Shown: positions 11,815 to 25,976, counted from the first letter of the whole stretch. The stretch: 61,939 bases of DNA, filler included, from Choristocarpus tenellus KU-1152 (GCA_964200185.2; 13 parts of 13 records of this genome joined end to end with filler, not necessarily neighbours in it), one strand, 5' to 3'. Numbers and translations: made by a program. The notes: generated from the sequence alone by a model not told the origin.

Positions 11815-12959
11815 CTGATTACAAAACTAGGAATGGGTAGGTGAGAGATGGATTTTGTTGTTTATCATTATTATTTGCTCACTTTTGTGAAACAGGTGGA
11901 AACAGCCGACAGGTTATTCGTAATGAAGGGGAGCGGTAAGACCCACAGGAGAACAGATCAAAGAGAGACAAGGTCAAAGATGGAAAGCAATCCCTCAGAA
12001 GTTAACTCAGAAGAAGAGTCAACAAGCAGGAAGAGTGAGGGAAGGGGGATTTGGAGGGCACTCCAAATCACCCAATTTAACTTCAAGCAGATGTTATCTT
12101 CAACATGCAAAAATAACGAAAGTAACTTGAATTTCATTATGTTCAAGATAGGTTACCTTCAGCGTATACCTTCTGTGGAATGTGGCTCCCACATCACTCC
12201 CCCTCATCATGTGATTTGATGCAGGTATCAAAACAACGTAAGTGTCAATGGGAACTGGAGGAAATGTGTGTGCAGAACAACTGACATTAGCACTGAAAAG
12301 AAAATAAATAGTCTATCAACAAGGAAATACTGTCTTGCAAGACAGTTGTGTACACGATAAATATATATATATGTATGTATATCTGCAAATTAGCAAAAAT
12401 GCAGCATAAGAAGTGGTTTTCGAGAGGCCTCACAACATAGCACTTGTACTAAGGGATTTGGTGTCAACCAAATCGGTGACGCTTCACCTTGATCAGGGGT
12501 GAGATAATCAAACATATCTGGGCACATGAAAAGATCACGATTTCGCTGTATCATCAGATACGACCACGTCTGGTCAAATCTTCAACAAGAAAAAGGGCAA
12601 AAGCAAGGACTAGCTAGTCTTGTCATGAAATTCTGTTAACTCCGGCAGGGAGATCAGATGTAAAAGCATTGACCATCATCTCCAATGAGGAAAAAAGAAT
12701 ATGGAAGACCCCCAATGGGAGCGCAGAAATCGTGATCAAAATACAGCTGTATCGCTGCAGCACCAATCAGGATATACTTGCGTATAAAAAAGTCAACAGC
12801 ATATCCCATGGATGTTCGAATCAATTAGAAACAAAATGGAAGAAAGGAAAAAGAAAAAGAAAAAGAAAAAGAAGGAAGAATAAGAAAAAGATAATCAATT
12901 GTAAACCGTGGACAAACACGGGGATGGAGTTGGCCATACACCAACACTGAAAAAACTCT

Positions 12960-15290
12960 TCATCAAAACAGTTGTCCTCCTGAAAAAGAAACGAAAAGAA
13001 AATTGTCACCCTGTTTACGAACACAGTAAACTACAGAGGAAATCTTAGCGGTGACAGTGAAAGGTCCACGCCAAGGATGAATCAGTTTTGGATTAGGTCC
13101 GTCACGATCAGTATGTGGACGACGCACCAAAACTTGAGCTCCAACTTGAAACACAGGGAAAACAAGAGTTTCATCGTTAGCAATTTTCTTCGCATTCCGT
13201 TCTCCCAGATTGCGACATGCTAATTCAAAAGCTAACTGTAAATTCTCAGCTGTTGATTGAGTAAACTCTTGACTAGATTGTGCAACTGTTGTTTTAAATA
13301 GACCAAGAATGACATCTATCTGTATAATTGGCCGGCGTCCAGAAAGTAGGAAGAAAGGTGTTTCTTGTAATGTGGTATTGTATGCCGTATTGTGAGCCAA
13401 TTGAAGGAATGGAACAACAGTCGCCCAATTATTCTCTGCAATGTTACTGTACATGGATAACATTTGATGCAGAGTAGAATGAACACGCTCTAAGACAGAG
13501 TTACCCTGAAGTCTGTAGGGTGTGGTTCGAGTTTTATGGTACCCAAACCCTGTCTGCAATTCCAGAACAAGTATATTTTCAAGTTCCAAACCTTGGTCAG
13601 AGTGAAGGATTTCGGGTGCCCCAAATATTGAAAATATCCTTTCAAACAAAACTTTGGCAATGGTCACTTCTTGCTCGTCTGGAATGGGAATGAGAAAAGC
13701 AAAGCGTGTCAACTGACAAATAGCCGAAAGAACATAACGGCAACCACGGGAAATGGTTTTATATTGTACAAGATCAACAGCAATCCGTTCAAATGGTCGA
13801 GTGGCAGGAATTTGTCCTTGAGGTAATGTTGGACGTCTGTGAGAGGTTTTTCATCTTTGGCAAAGTTGACATCTTTCACACCACTCTCTTAACATCTTTT
13901 TGAAACATAGGCCACCAATATCGGTCTCGTACCTTGTCCAGAGTATGAGAAAGACCATAATGACCCCCCGAAGCGGGATGGTCATGGCAAGCATGGAAGA
14001 CCAAAGATTGTATTTCTTTTGGAACTACAAATTGACCATGAAAAGCACGGTGTTTGCGTGTATGCCCTGGAAAATATGATCGGTAAAGCAAGTTAAGTGT
14101 CAGCATCAACATAAAAATATGATATGCTATACCTCGATTCCCGGGGGGGAAAGACACTGAATCAGGGGCTTTTAAATACACAAAGTAAAGAGAAAATTGT
14201 TTGGTGTGGTCTAGAGTTTGAAAAATGTTCACAGAACTACTAAAAAGTTCACAGTCACTCTGAATTATATCTAATTCATGAAGGCGGTCTGGATATATTT
14301 TGTATGCTTGACGTGGGGTTACCGCATTTGAAATAGTGTTTTCCGGAATATTCCTACAAATAGGAGAAGTACTTTTGGCCTACGATCAAAGTACTTTTGG
14401 CATACGATCAATCTCGATATCAAAAAGACGAGAAAGGGCATCAGGTACAACATTGTCTCTGCCAGGTTTATGATGGACTGTAAAGTCAAAAAGTTGAAGA
14501 GCAAGGGCCCAACGTGTCAGCATATTATCTGTGTCTTGCATGTAATACATATATCGGAGTGCCGCATGATCAGTGAATAAATCAAAATGTCCACCCCAAA
14601 GATATGGACGGCAGTGGTTAATGTCATGGACTACTGCTAAACATTATTTGAATGTAGCTGAATAATTACGTTGTGCTCCATCAAATTTCTTGCTAAAGTA
14701 AGCCACAATATGAAGTGAGGTACTTGTTGGATCATCTGAAGCTTTTTGACCAAGAAAACCACCACTACCCAAGTTGGAAGCATCCACATGTACCACAAAA
14801 GGTTTTGAGAAGTCTGGATAATGTAAAAGGGGCCGATGTTAATGCCATTTTATTTTTTCTAATGCATTGTCGTGAACTGATGTCCATGCTTTTCCAATTT
14901 CACCAGAAGGACGAGAGATTAATTCTTTACGTGTAAATATTAGAAGGGGTTCTGTCAGGTCTGTATAATGTGGGATTAACTTTCGACAAAAAATGCACAT
15001 ACCAAGGATAGAACGAATGCCTTATGAACTAATAGTTTCCTCTCGTCTTCCAGTATAACCTTGTCGAAGGACAAAGGATCCTTGTCATGAAACATTGGGA
15101 GTAGCTGTTCATCAGGCTCGGTTTCCTTGAACTCTTCCGCCATCGAAACCTGAAATCAGTTTGAAGTTGTGTGGAACGTACTTTGCCTTCTCCTTGATCG
15201 AACTGTATGCCAATCAGAATGATTTGGCATATGTGGTGCTCAAAGTACAGGCAATGTACTCAGAGTTTCCCCAAAAAAGTACTGGAAAAG
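12960..15290 (-). mobile_element. Decayed Ty3/gypsy LTR retrotransposon pol (RNase H, integrase); RT core apparently deleted
   Basis: HHCC finger (HDHPASGGHYG...YWWP), integrase core LHSDQG...TTPYRLQGNSVLERVH, PKLIHPWRGPF, RNase H RWALALQ-like segment; many stops and frameshifts. Confidence 0.92.
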
Positions 15291-15636
15291 NNNNNNNNNN
15301 NNNNNNNNNNNNNNNNNNNNNNNNNNNNNNNNNNTTAATTAATTAANNNNNNNNNNNNNNNNNNNNNNNNNNNNNNNNNNNNNNNNNNNNCCCCCCAGAT
15401 ACTTTGGGTCTCTAGGGAGTGCTACGTGATCTGGTATTATTTGAGGTAGTGTCAAAGTTCCACCCTTCATCCTGCGTTGCTAGCCAACTTTCAAAGGTTC
15501 AGCAATTTTTCAGATTTCCCATTTGAAAGCGCAATTTCTTTCCAAATTCTGGAGCACAGAGATGTGCATTGGATTCAATTACATCTGCAGGGTATCCTTT
15601 TATCAGCTCGTCAGTGATGTAGTACAAAGAGTAGGT

Positions 15637-15917
15637 GACCCAAAGCATTTAAGAAGGTAGGAGGTTTGCCCTGCTTGTCCTTTCAGGGCTTGGCTCCCTA
15701 CAGGTTTTGTATACCCTTTTTCGTTTTTCTGTGTGAGCCTATTTACCTTCTTCGAAACATTCTGGAGTAGGAAAAATGTATAGGCCTATGAAAGGTACGT
15801 CCGGAGCAAGGATGTTGACACTTGCTAACAAACACGATAGACAAAATTAATCAAAATCACAACATTGGATTCATGACCCCGAATGGATGTGGCCCTACCC
15901 TCTTAATGCTTTGGGTC
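15637..15917. mobile_element. Older MITE family 1 copy with GACCC...GGGTC termini, TSD AGGT
   Basis: Family-1 internal sequence; AGGT at 15633-15636 and 15918-15921. Confidence 0.85.
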
Positions 15918-15921
15918 AGGT

Positions 15922-16175
15922 GCAAGGGGGGCATGCTTCGAATGTAGATATAATATTAGGCATTGTCAAGGACGAATGCATAAGTGGAGTCGCCCCTTTA
16001 ACCTCTATAAGTAGATGTGAGTTTGCTGTCCCACTGAACTTGAGATGACGGTTAATGAGAAAGCACTTCAGTGTATCTTCAACACATACTTGTTCCGTGG
16101 GGTTGCTTTGCTGGAGAGCAGTGATGGTATCTACTTTGGGTGGATGACCAAATGGAAAATGGCAGGGCCGCACGT
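15922..16175 (-). pseudogene. Possible Helitron Rep relic
   Basis: NPTEQVCVEDTLKCFLINRHLKFSGTANSHLLIEVKGATPLMH resembles NP..F..R...G.....EFQxRGxPHxH, with local nucleotide similarity (AAGGGGCGACT) to ~5065. Confidence 0.3.
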
Positions 16176-16543
16176 GATGTGGGCAACGAAGTGTTAGGGA
16201 TCGGGCTCTCTTTGGTGTGTGTGTTTTGTTAGAAATAGTGGTGCAGTAAGGGACTTAGAGCGTTTCTGTCGACTACCCCATACAAAAAATATTTATTTTG
16301 ACATTAGTGCAGTGCATAGAGTAAATTTATTCTGCAACATATTGCTGAAATGTACTCCGGAGTAATTGGTACCAGCTACCAAGTACATTCATGCATTGAA
16401 AACATATCTGTTTTGCGTGCCTTGTCCTCGTTGACCTATCCTCCAACTTCAATGACTCAAACCTTATATCTGATAGGACGAGAGACTTGAATTATAGAAC
16501 CCCTGTCAAACCTCAATAAAGGTGACAGCCCAGATATGCTGAC

Positions 16544-19467
16544 CAGTACCCCCTTTTGATGTTCTGGACACTTTGCAGTCATCAATGCTCTCTAGTTGGA
16601 GCAGAGCTGATTCCAGCTCATCTGCAGTTTATCATGTACACATTGGATGTCAAGGCAAGTTGGAGTTTGCAGTGTATGAGCAAGTTCCAGGTAGACTCAA
16701 AATATTAAAAGTTTTCCTTAGGAATTATGTTTTTAGACAGACAGGAACATCCAGGAACATCCATTTGATGTGTGTTGTGAGAGTGGAGAGTGAACTAGGT
16801 TGACTTAAAGGGCAGGGTCTCACCAGCAGAAACATCATGGGGAAGCCAATCTGTCCATTTGCTTGAGCGAAACATGATCCTGAAATGACCCAAAATAGGT
16901 CCCTCCCCATTCCTCCCGGTCATGTGCCAAGTGCGTGCAGCATTGCCAGTGAGGTGCGATGAGCTGCTAGAGAGCTGTCTGATGTCATAGTCCCCCCAAT
17001 CTTTATGTGGTATGTGTTGAGTAGATAACACGTTTTGGTCAAGACATGCACCAGGAGCAAACAAGAATGGTATATCATTTTGGTTTGAAAAACTGAGCCA
17101 CTACTTTACATAGAAGGCTATTCCTTTATCTGCATTTAAAAACAGGAAATGTTCTTCTCAAAATGAAGCGCCAGTGGCTTGATCCTATATCCCACTGAAT
17201 TTCTACCTTGTCCCTCCACCTGGACACATTCGCATGCTGCCATTCTTAAACTCTTTCATTTTTTCTTGACAATCATAGTCCTTGCTATCCATCATGAGCA
17301 CAAAAAATATCGTACCTTTAGTTGAAACTAAAATTCACAAATATATATTGTTCATCATAAAAACATACAACATATAAAATTTGAATAAAATACACACGTT
17401 CACACCAGCATAGTACTGCACAGAGAGGATTCTATGCCATTAGAAACCGTCCTGCATGGGAGAGTGAGAAATAGTCCAAGGAGTATTTAATTGCCTTTGC
17501 TGCAGAAATTACTCCCTCTTGAGTTTGTGTGTCAGTGTTACCCCACCAAACTGCAAAATCGTTTGGCACCAGCATTTCAAATTGGGGGAGTTTTATTTCA
17601 TTTTTTTAGGGGCGTTTTGAATTTGACTTGCCGATTAATTGTGGACAAACTGTGAACTTCCGTCAACTACAAAATCAGTACCAGAGGAGCATTATGACAT
17701 CATGATATTTTACACTAGCAGTATTAGTATATATACACCTGTACCATCAACGACTTCTTGGATAGCCATATCGTGCCACCAACTATGATGCATCCCTATT
17801 TAGAGAATTTTTCTCCACGATCGTTGAGATTTTTTTGTAGTAGTATTCATATTTATAAATGTTTGAATATTTGTGCATAAATTTCACAATGGGCACATAT
17901 GCAGAGGTACAATATTCTCACCCTGGTCGAATGTAATAATCCACTTTCGTCCCAGTTGCTCATCACAGCAATCCACCTCGATCCCCACTGTGGTGAGGTT
18001 GAGATCTTCCAGCAGGGCAATTGAGATCAATTCGGCACTGGCATTGAATGGAAGCTCTCGAGTTGTCAGGACAGATGTACTGAATACTGTGTCGGATCTG
18101 TTACTAGCTGAGGAGTTCGAGCTGTTGGCAGGATATACATGTGAAGGGGCATTCTGGGACTGGTAAGGCAGGGGGAACAGGTGAGGTGCCTATTCAGAGG
18201 GTATCAAACAGGGAAAGAACAACACTTGACTCCTGAAAATGCAAGCAAACATAAGAGAAGGCATGGTTATTCATGCCAAGTCAGGTAAGGTTCACAATTC
18301 TGAGAGAGGTCGTGGATAGTGTAGAGAAAGAGGGTGAGATATCATAGAAGAGACAGGTAGTACACGTTCATTGTATCACCCAACTTCGTACCAACTCAAG
18401 ACCTTGCTCAAAGGCTATTCTGATGGACCGTTATGATTGTAGGTAACAGCAGAAATGACTTGTGGAAGACCTGTTACGGAATGGTGCATCCCTTTCTAAC
18501 CTAGCTCCCTCCCATAATCCCAAAGTGTATAAATGCCAGAAGCGTTTCTCCTTGCCATAGAACTGGAGAAATCCAAACAATATGTTCTGAGAACACACCT
18601 GTTGAGCATTTGCATCGCCACCCAGCCATCATATGACAGTGTGAATGTTCCTCCTAGCACTGGCGAGTCCTGAAGAACTCGTACCTGAGGAAGGACAAGA
18701 TATGATTCTTGTTGTTTCATATATTTAGGGCAATACTTCAACATATCTTGGAGCTATACGTTATACATAATCTCTGTTCCTGTCCCTCCACTTCCAAAAT
18801 TACCTCTGTCACATTTGCGCCTATCCCTTCCAACCCAGAGGCGTCTGGCACAATTGTATGCACTTCTCCCTCGATCTCATCGAATGTCAGTGTCCAAATG
18901 TAGGCATCTTCACAAGCACAGAAGGTGTATTCCTCACGATTCACAAGCACACGTCCAAGCAAGGGAAAGTCCTCGGATATAGCTGTTTGAACTTGTTCAA
19001 CGGTCGCCCCGGCTGGGATTTCCCGGGTACTTCCTAGATCTACAACAATGATCAAAAACAACACCAGGTGTAAGGCTGAGGAAAAGGGATGCGAACTAGT
19101 GACCAAGGCAATGTGGGTATGTTTGTCTGCGCTCTTATTTTTGTGAGTTGATACATCTGTGTGTTTGTGTTTGCATTTGTGGGCTTGTGTGATTGTTAGG
19201 TATTCAGGAAGATCAGCTGCAACGTACATGTGAAACATCACCAATTAAAGAGGAATCTTGAATGTGGTGTGGGTCATACATAGAGATGGAAGTGGAACTC
19301 AGATAAGGGATCTACTTGAGAACGGGGCCGTCCTCTCTCTAAATACCTTCATAGTGGAGATTCCAGGAACCACCCACGGTTTCATAGGGATCTGCATAGG
19401 TTATGAAGCGCTGAATCTCCTTGGTGTGTGACGCTTCCACCCCCACCAACTGCACCTCCCTCACGAC
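16544..19467 (-). CDS. Internal exons of a large repeat-rich, probably secreted/surface protein (stramenopile FN3/titin-like type); exons ~19347-19467, ~18804-19040, ~18622-18683, ~17922-18160, ~17739-17796, ~16823-17000, 16544-16621
   Basis: GT-AG bounded exons, several joins phase-compatible, encode the recurring pattern EVQ.V...EIQ...GG.(F/W).L.Y / T..LPFNASA...AL / W.(I/L)TF / ELESALLQLESID..VSR, with several NxS/T sequons. Family label is recalled, not searched. Confidence 0.7.
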
Positions 19468-19682
19468 CTTTAAAATTTGTGTAGTTACACAGGGATTGGT
19501 GTGGAAAAAATGGTCTCATTAAGGATAAAGGTGTTCTTTGCCTCACCTAACAACTAGGGAGTGGCATTAGGCTAACGGTGCAAGGTTGATTTGATGCTCA
19601 GAAAAAATAAACTTCCCTCTTACACAGTAGACACAGCAACCCCCATAGGTTCATAGAAAGCACAATGTGGGGTGATAGCAAA

Positions 19683-19884
19683 GAGGCAAAGTATGTTAGA
19701 GGGTAGAGATGTGTCCGTTTGGGGTCAAAATCCAATGTTGCGATATTGATGGAATTTTGGCTATTGTGATTGTTAGGAAGTGAGCCAAAGTATCTTAGAG
19801 GGTAGAGCCGCGTCCATTTCGTGTTTGTTAGGAAGTGTCAATATCCTTGTTCCGGACCCACCTTTTCATAGCTAATAAATTTTA
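19683..19884. mobile_element. Two nested MITE family 1 copies (second starts at 19782), truncated by contig end
   Basis: GAGGCAAAGTATGTTAGAGGGTA... is interrupted at GGAAGT by GAGCCAAAGTATCTTAGAGGGTA. Confidence 0.85.
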
Positions 19885-20265
19885 NNNNNNNNNNNNNNNN
19901 NNNNNNNNNNNNNNNNNNNNNNNNNNNNTTAATTAATTAANNNNNNNNNNNNNNNNNNNNNNNNNNNNNNNNNNNNNNNNNNNNGGACCAAATGGACACC
20001 CTGGTGTCGACCCCCCCCCCCAGATACTTTGGGTCACTAGATATCTAATATCTGTGCAAAACAATAGACTATACCCATCTATGACAAAATGACATACAAA
20101 TGACTTGTCTAAACTAGATGGTCAACCTACGTAAAGGATTACGATACGTGGGTAACAAAAGACCCGGGACAAGACACACAAGTCATAAAAAAATACACAA
20201 AAACATTCATTTTGGCGAGGATGTGTACCGCACATAAATCATATCCTCTTTACTGAAACGATAGG

Positions 20266-23200
20266 TTACAATCCATTTACTGCACGATAGACTGCAATCA
20301 TTTCACGACATTGTGGGATCTGTTCTGTTCTTTTGTGAAGATCACAAAACGGGGTCCATAGCCGCAAAGACGAAGGTGACAAATATAACACTTGTGGACG
20401 AACGACAACCAGGACCGGGTCTATGTCCAACAATGCTGTCGATAGTGTACTGGCCAATAACAGGTTGAGAGGTTTGATGGTCTACATCCGGTAATGGTAA
20501 TGGTTTTTGTATCAGGCGGGCAACCCACTTTGTGGGTAGTAGATGTAGCCACAGAGACATCACCTTGAGGGTTCAAATCAAGAGCATGTTGAATATTCTC
20601 AACAACAATGGCGGCAATTGGTTGAGCCAGGTGTGTTTATGAAGAGTGTGATGGTTCTTCGGCTATTGCAGCAGAGGGTCCTGGAGAAGACTGAAAATAC
20701 TCTGTTAACGGTACACCTTGGTCACAAGGAGTTTTTGAAGACTTTGGCGTCGGTACACTTTGGTCAGGAGAAACATACAGATTGTGCCGTGAACTGTATC
20801 CTTCAGTCATCTCTGCACACTGAGGAATTTCCTTTACTTTCCGACAGACATCACTAGCTGGGGCAAAACCTCTAAATCTAAGCCGGTATGAGTAGCTATG
20901 TAGGGATTTACGACCCACTCCAGGATTATGGTCTGCAATGCCCTCAACAAAGTATGACCCTAAAGTTGGTTGAACGCTCGAACCTTGTTCTATATCTGGT
21001 TCAGGTATTATTCTGCCCAAAAATAAAGAATTGAGAGAGACAATGTCTGGTTCAGGAATGTAGCCCTCTTTGTGTGGTTTAAGTTGTGCTATATGTACGG
21101 TGATTTCTCGATGGTCGGCCTGCGTCTTCACACGGTAGACTACCGGAGTTATCCTCTCTTTTACTTCATATGATCCTCTCCACGAGGATAGTAACTTGGG
21201 GTTAGGAGCGTCTGCTGAAGTGTGAGGTTTGTGTAATCACACCTTAGCACCAACTTCATAAATAGGAATGGTGTGTTCAGTGGCCTTGGACTCGTTGCGC
21301 AAAGCCATCTCACCAATATTCTGCCTAGCCAGTTCATACGCCAGTTGTAAATTATCCACTGTTTGTTTACTGTACTCCTGGGTAGAAATATGCTTGGCCT
21401 CTGGTTCTCCCAAAATGATATCGATTGGTAATGTGGGACGTCTCCCAAGCATTAAATAAAAGGGCGTTTCTTGTACAACAGTGGTATTGTAAGCGGTATT
21501 GTGAGCCAGTTGAGTCAAAGTATCTTAGAGGGTAGAGCCGTGTCCGTTTGGGGGCCAAAATCCAATGTTGCGATTTTAATGTAATTTTGGCTGTTGTATT
21601 AGTTAGGAAGTGTCAATGTCCTTTTTCCGAACACAACTTTTCATAACATATACATTTTACCTACTCCGAAACATTTCGTAGTAGAAAAATTTCATAAACC
21701 TTGTGGACAAACAGGGCAAAATTCGTACCCTCTAAGATACTTTCACTCAGTTGCACAAAAGGCAACGATGACGCCCAATCCGATTGCTTCATATTGGAAT
21801 ACATAGCGTGCCATGCATTGTTTCACTAATCATTTCAAGAATGCTGAAACCTTGAGGTCGATACAGTGTTGTTTTTATTTTCTTGTATCCATAGATCTTT
21901 TGAAGCTCCAGAATAATTTTATTTTCAAATTCCTTGCCCTGGTCTGAGTGTAAGGCTTCTAGGGCGCTAAAAATAGAAAGCACTTGTGGTGATAATGCTT
22001 TTGCTACAGTTGCCTCTCGTTTGTCATGGATAGCACTGAGCAAAGCAAACCTCGTTAAATGGTCGACAGCAGACAACACTTAAGTATTTTTCTCTGATGG
22101 AGTTTTGTACTTTACCAAATCAATTGCCACCCTCTGAAATGGGTGCGTTACTGGCATATGCCCTGGAGGGTTTGGTAGGTTAGAAGGAGTTGTTTCGCGG
22201 CTTTGGCATGATTGACATGTTTCAGATCAAGCTCGAACATCTTTATGTAAAATGGGCCACCAAAAACGGTCACGAATTCGGTCAAAAATGTGCTTGAATG
22301 CAGGGTGTCCTGAGAACTTATGGTCATGAAGGGCATGGAGTATTAAACATTGTATCTCAGTGGATACCACTAAATAATCTCGGAATTTATCGTTCTTTCG
22401 AAGGTCACCGGGTTGATGCAATTTGTATAACATCTGTTTGCCTTCCATTTCTTCTTGTGTGAAAAAAGTAAGACACGGTATACATTGTTTCGTTTTTTAG
22501 TAAGAGGACTTTTTCTGGATGAGCCAAATATTTGCAATAGTCTCCATATTGAGCTTGTTGAGCTTTGAATGGTACTTCGGGATCTCCTGTTGGGAAAACA
22601 TTAACAGGCCTAGTGAAGAGTTCCGTATCGTTTGTACTCTGGCAATTTCACCTAGTTTTTCCACTGATACATCATATGCAGGGCAAACCTTGGGTGTGGA
22701 GACATCCGACTCTGTTTGGCCTATATTACGGCACAGTGGGCCTAGTGGTAGAGGTGTTTCATCCAACATATATTCCTTCAACCGTGTCCGGGATAACATA
22801 TCCGGAATGTAGTGTAAACGTCCCGGCTTACGTAAAACTGTGAAGTCAAAAGCTTGTAAGGCTAAGAGGCCCACCTGGTCAACATATTGGAAGTATCTTG
22901 CGTTGTATGTAACCAACGTAATGCCGAATGATCACTTGCAACTGTAAGTTGCTTTCCCCAAATATATGGGCGGCAATGTGTGATGGCAAGAATGACGGCC
23001 AGACATTCTTTCTGAGTTGCTGAATGTCGTCTTTGGGTTGGCTTAAAAATAGCACTATGGTAAGCTACAATTTGGAAACTATCGTCCTAATTTTCATGTG
23101 CCAAGAAAGCTCCCATGCCAACATTGCTAGCATCCACGCGAATAAGAAATTCTTGAGTAAAATCTGGAAAGCTTAACACTGTCGCCATAGTTAATAGACG

Positions 23201-24334
23201 TTTACACTCATCAAAATCATTTTGCTGTGGTCGTCCCCATTGTTCAGATAGACTTTTGTCCCTTCCAGACATTTTTTGTACTTTTCCTTGTAAGTGACAC
23301 CAGGGGCTCGGTTACTGTAGCCAAAAGGGGAATATATTTCCTAACAAAGTTCATGGAACCTAGAAAGGATTGTAATTCCTTCACACAGATTTAGGGGCTT
23401 TCAGAGCGGTAATAGCCTGGATTCGATCTGGTGACACAGCAATACCACTGGGACTGACTTAATGTCCCAAACAATTAAATGATTTTGAGCCAAATTGGGC
23501 TTTAGAGGGTTTGGGGGTGACTCCTACTTGCTGCAGTAACGACAATACGCTCTCAAAAAGTTGAATATGATGGTTCCACGTTGGGGAGGCTAGTACAATA
23601 TCGTCAAGATAAATCAGTAAGCCCATACTCGGCCCTAGCGTTGAAAACGTTTCTGACATGATGAAGCGTTGATATATCCATGGTGCATTAGCAACACCAA
23701 AGGGTAGCCTTTTGAATTCGTATTTTCCATCCGGTGTGACAAAGACAGTTTTTTGGAGTTCGCAGGCGTGGGTGATGAGTAGTTGTCAGTAGGCTGACTG
23801 AATATCGAGACATGACAGGTATTTTTCTCCCTCTAGTGTACCCAAACATTCTTCCATAGATGGTAACGGCCAGAAATTTCATACCAATTCTTTTTTCAAT
23901 GAGAGCCTCAAGTCTACACAGAATCGAGGAGACCCATCAGGTTTTGTAACTATGGTTACTGGTGACGCCCAAGGACTTGAGGAGGGTTGAACTATTCCCT
24001 GATTTTCCATGTCCTCCACACAACTACGTATTGTCTCACGTATTTTGGGTGCGGTCCGATATGGTGGACAATTCACAGGAACTGCACCTGGTTTAAGTGG
24101 AATTTCAACACTAGTATTATTGCAACAGCCTAGTTCGTCAGAAGTGAGTGAAAAGAAAGGTCGATATTTAGCAACAAGGTCAAGTAGCTTTTTTTGTTCA
24201 TTATCAAATAACACTGTATCTATCAGGGCTTTTTTACCAAAACCTTTTAAAAACTCATCACAGGCTTGTTTAAGCTCCTCTGGAGTGTTCGGAGTAGCCG
24301 CTATGGTACTGGTCTGTGCTTTAGAAAGGGTGTG
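20266..24334 (-). mobile_element. Decayed chromodomain-bearing Ty3/gypsy pol (RT-RNase H-integrase-chromodomain)
   Basis: SSPWASPVTIVTKPDGSPRFCVD, IYLDD (~23600-23614), PDFTQEFLIRVDASNVGMGAFL, HDHKFSGH...FWWP, LHSDQGKEFEN, chromodomain YFVEGIADH...YRLRFRGF...IPQC. Confidence 0.95.
21512..21748. mobile_element. MITE family 1 copy inside gypsy integrase, TSD AGTT
   Basis: AGTT at 21508-21511 and 21749-21752; excision restores DWASSLPFVQLAHNTAY. Confidence 0.95.
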
Positions 24335-24499
24335 NNNNNNNNNNNNNNNNNNNNNNNNNNNNNNNNNNNNNNNNNNNNTTAATTAATTAANNNNNNNNNN
24401 NNNNNNNNNNNNNNNNNNNNNNNNNNNNNNNNNNTGAACCAAATGCACACCCTGGTGCAGACCTCCCACACTCCCCCCCCCAGATACTTTGGTTCTTTG

Positions 24500-25100
24500 C
24501 TTACAACAAGTCTTTTTCTATCCAACCATGCATCAATATATTCATGCCTTGGGAAAGACACCAGATTACCTGCCTACTCCACAAACTTCCCTTCGACTCT
24601 TTCTGTTCCCAGCTAGTAAACCTCCCTGCAGACCCTAGACCTGGGTGGGAGTTTTCTACAATGGCTTGACGCAGTACAGCAGCCATTGTGGACATGGGGC
24701 CAGTGCTTGGGCCTTCTCCACCCAGCCCCTCAAGCCAGCTAGACTGATACCTCCCCCAGAAGATTTCCTCGCAGTGAACTATTCTTTACTAGGGGCAAAG
24801 AAGACACTCTCCAACAGCTGCCGAGTCGAGGGTTGTAGGAGGTAAGAGGTGGACACCAGCCATACTCACAATTTTCCTTTCAGGGGCTCTCTTGAATGCA
24901 GCTACTAGTCCCCGTTCCCATGGGGAAGAGGGATTTCTCCTGGGTATGACCTCCACTGAGATACAAGCGGACTGCCACCTCCCAAATTATCAAACAAGAA
25001 TGTTGTCGCTCCTGCTACAACTGAGGCAAGAAAGTGTCGCCACTCTGGGGGGTATTTTGACCCTCGAACGTTTAAGCTCAACACCTTCAGGGTAAAAAGC
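24500..25100 (+). pseudogene. Possible non-LTR retrotransposon (RLE-type) C-terminal relic
   Basis: GHGASAWAFSTQP...PEDF..V....LG......C....C...D..H resembles the post-RT SAWL..P/CCHC region; heavily decayed. Confidence 0.3.
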
Positions 25101-25976
25101 TAATGTATCCTTATGTGCTCCGACTTACCAAGCGCTATTCTCCTTCACTATTCATTTTCTTGCCTTCTTTGCCACCTGTCCAGATCCCAAATCATCCGGA
25201 GGAAACAAACCACCTCGCCGAATACATGGCAAACCTGATAGATACCTATCTTGTGGGGCACAATAGTTGCCTTTATTTTACCTGGATGTAATCTCCGCCT
25301 ACCAGCTTGCACAATGAAACTTCCCTTGCATCCCCAGTGGGAAAAGCATATACCCCTATTCATGTGTTGAAGTTCTACTACTCGCATATACAACTACATT
25401 ATATTTTTATCCACAGTAGTATCATGACACAAAAAATGCGCTACAGTGCCACTAGAGCAGCAGTAGTGGTGTATACGGCGTTATCTACTCTGGGTTCTGA
25501 AATTTGGAAGGAAATCCAGGAGGAGTCGGTCAAGTTCTACCCACCCCCCCACCAGGCGGGTGTTTTCAACTTACTTGGGGACATGAGGGACTTTGACAGG
25601 TCTACTTTTGTCATACAGCATACTGATACTACTTGTTGCAGGCACACCTTGGTCGCCACCTTCCTAGTGAGCACCCCACCCCCCATGTGTGTTACTAAGA
25701 ACACCTATTTGTCCAGATGTTGTCCTGCATGGTCCAAAGCTTTCTATTCTAAAGTTATTGAGGTAGAATCTGAGAGGGTCAAAAACATTTCATTTGCGGA
25801 CCTTACAAATTGCAGCAACAACACCGTTGTTAAAAACGGAACTGTGTAGGTCACAAGTTAGCCTGTGAACCTCACACATGCAGCACCGAGGACGTGACCT
25901 TTTCAAGACATAAGCACTACACAGTGCTTGAGAAAGGCACATGGACCAGATGTAAAAGATAATAAAATTTAGGAAA

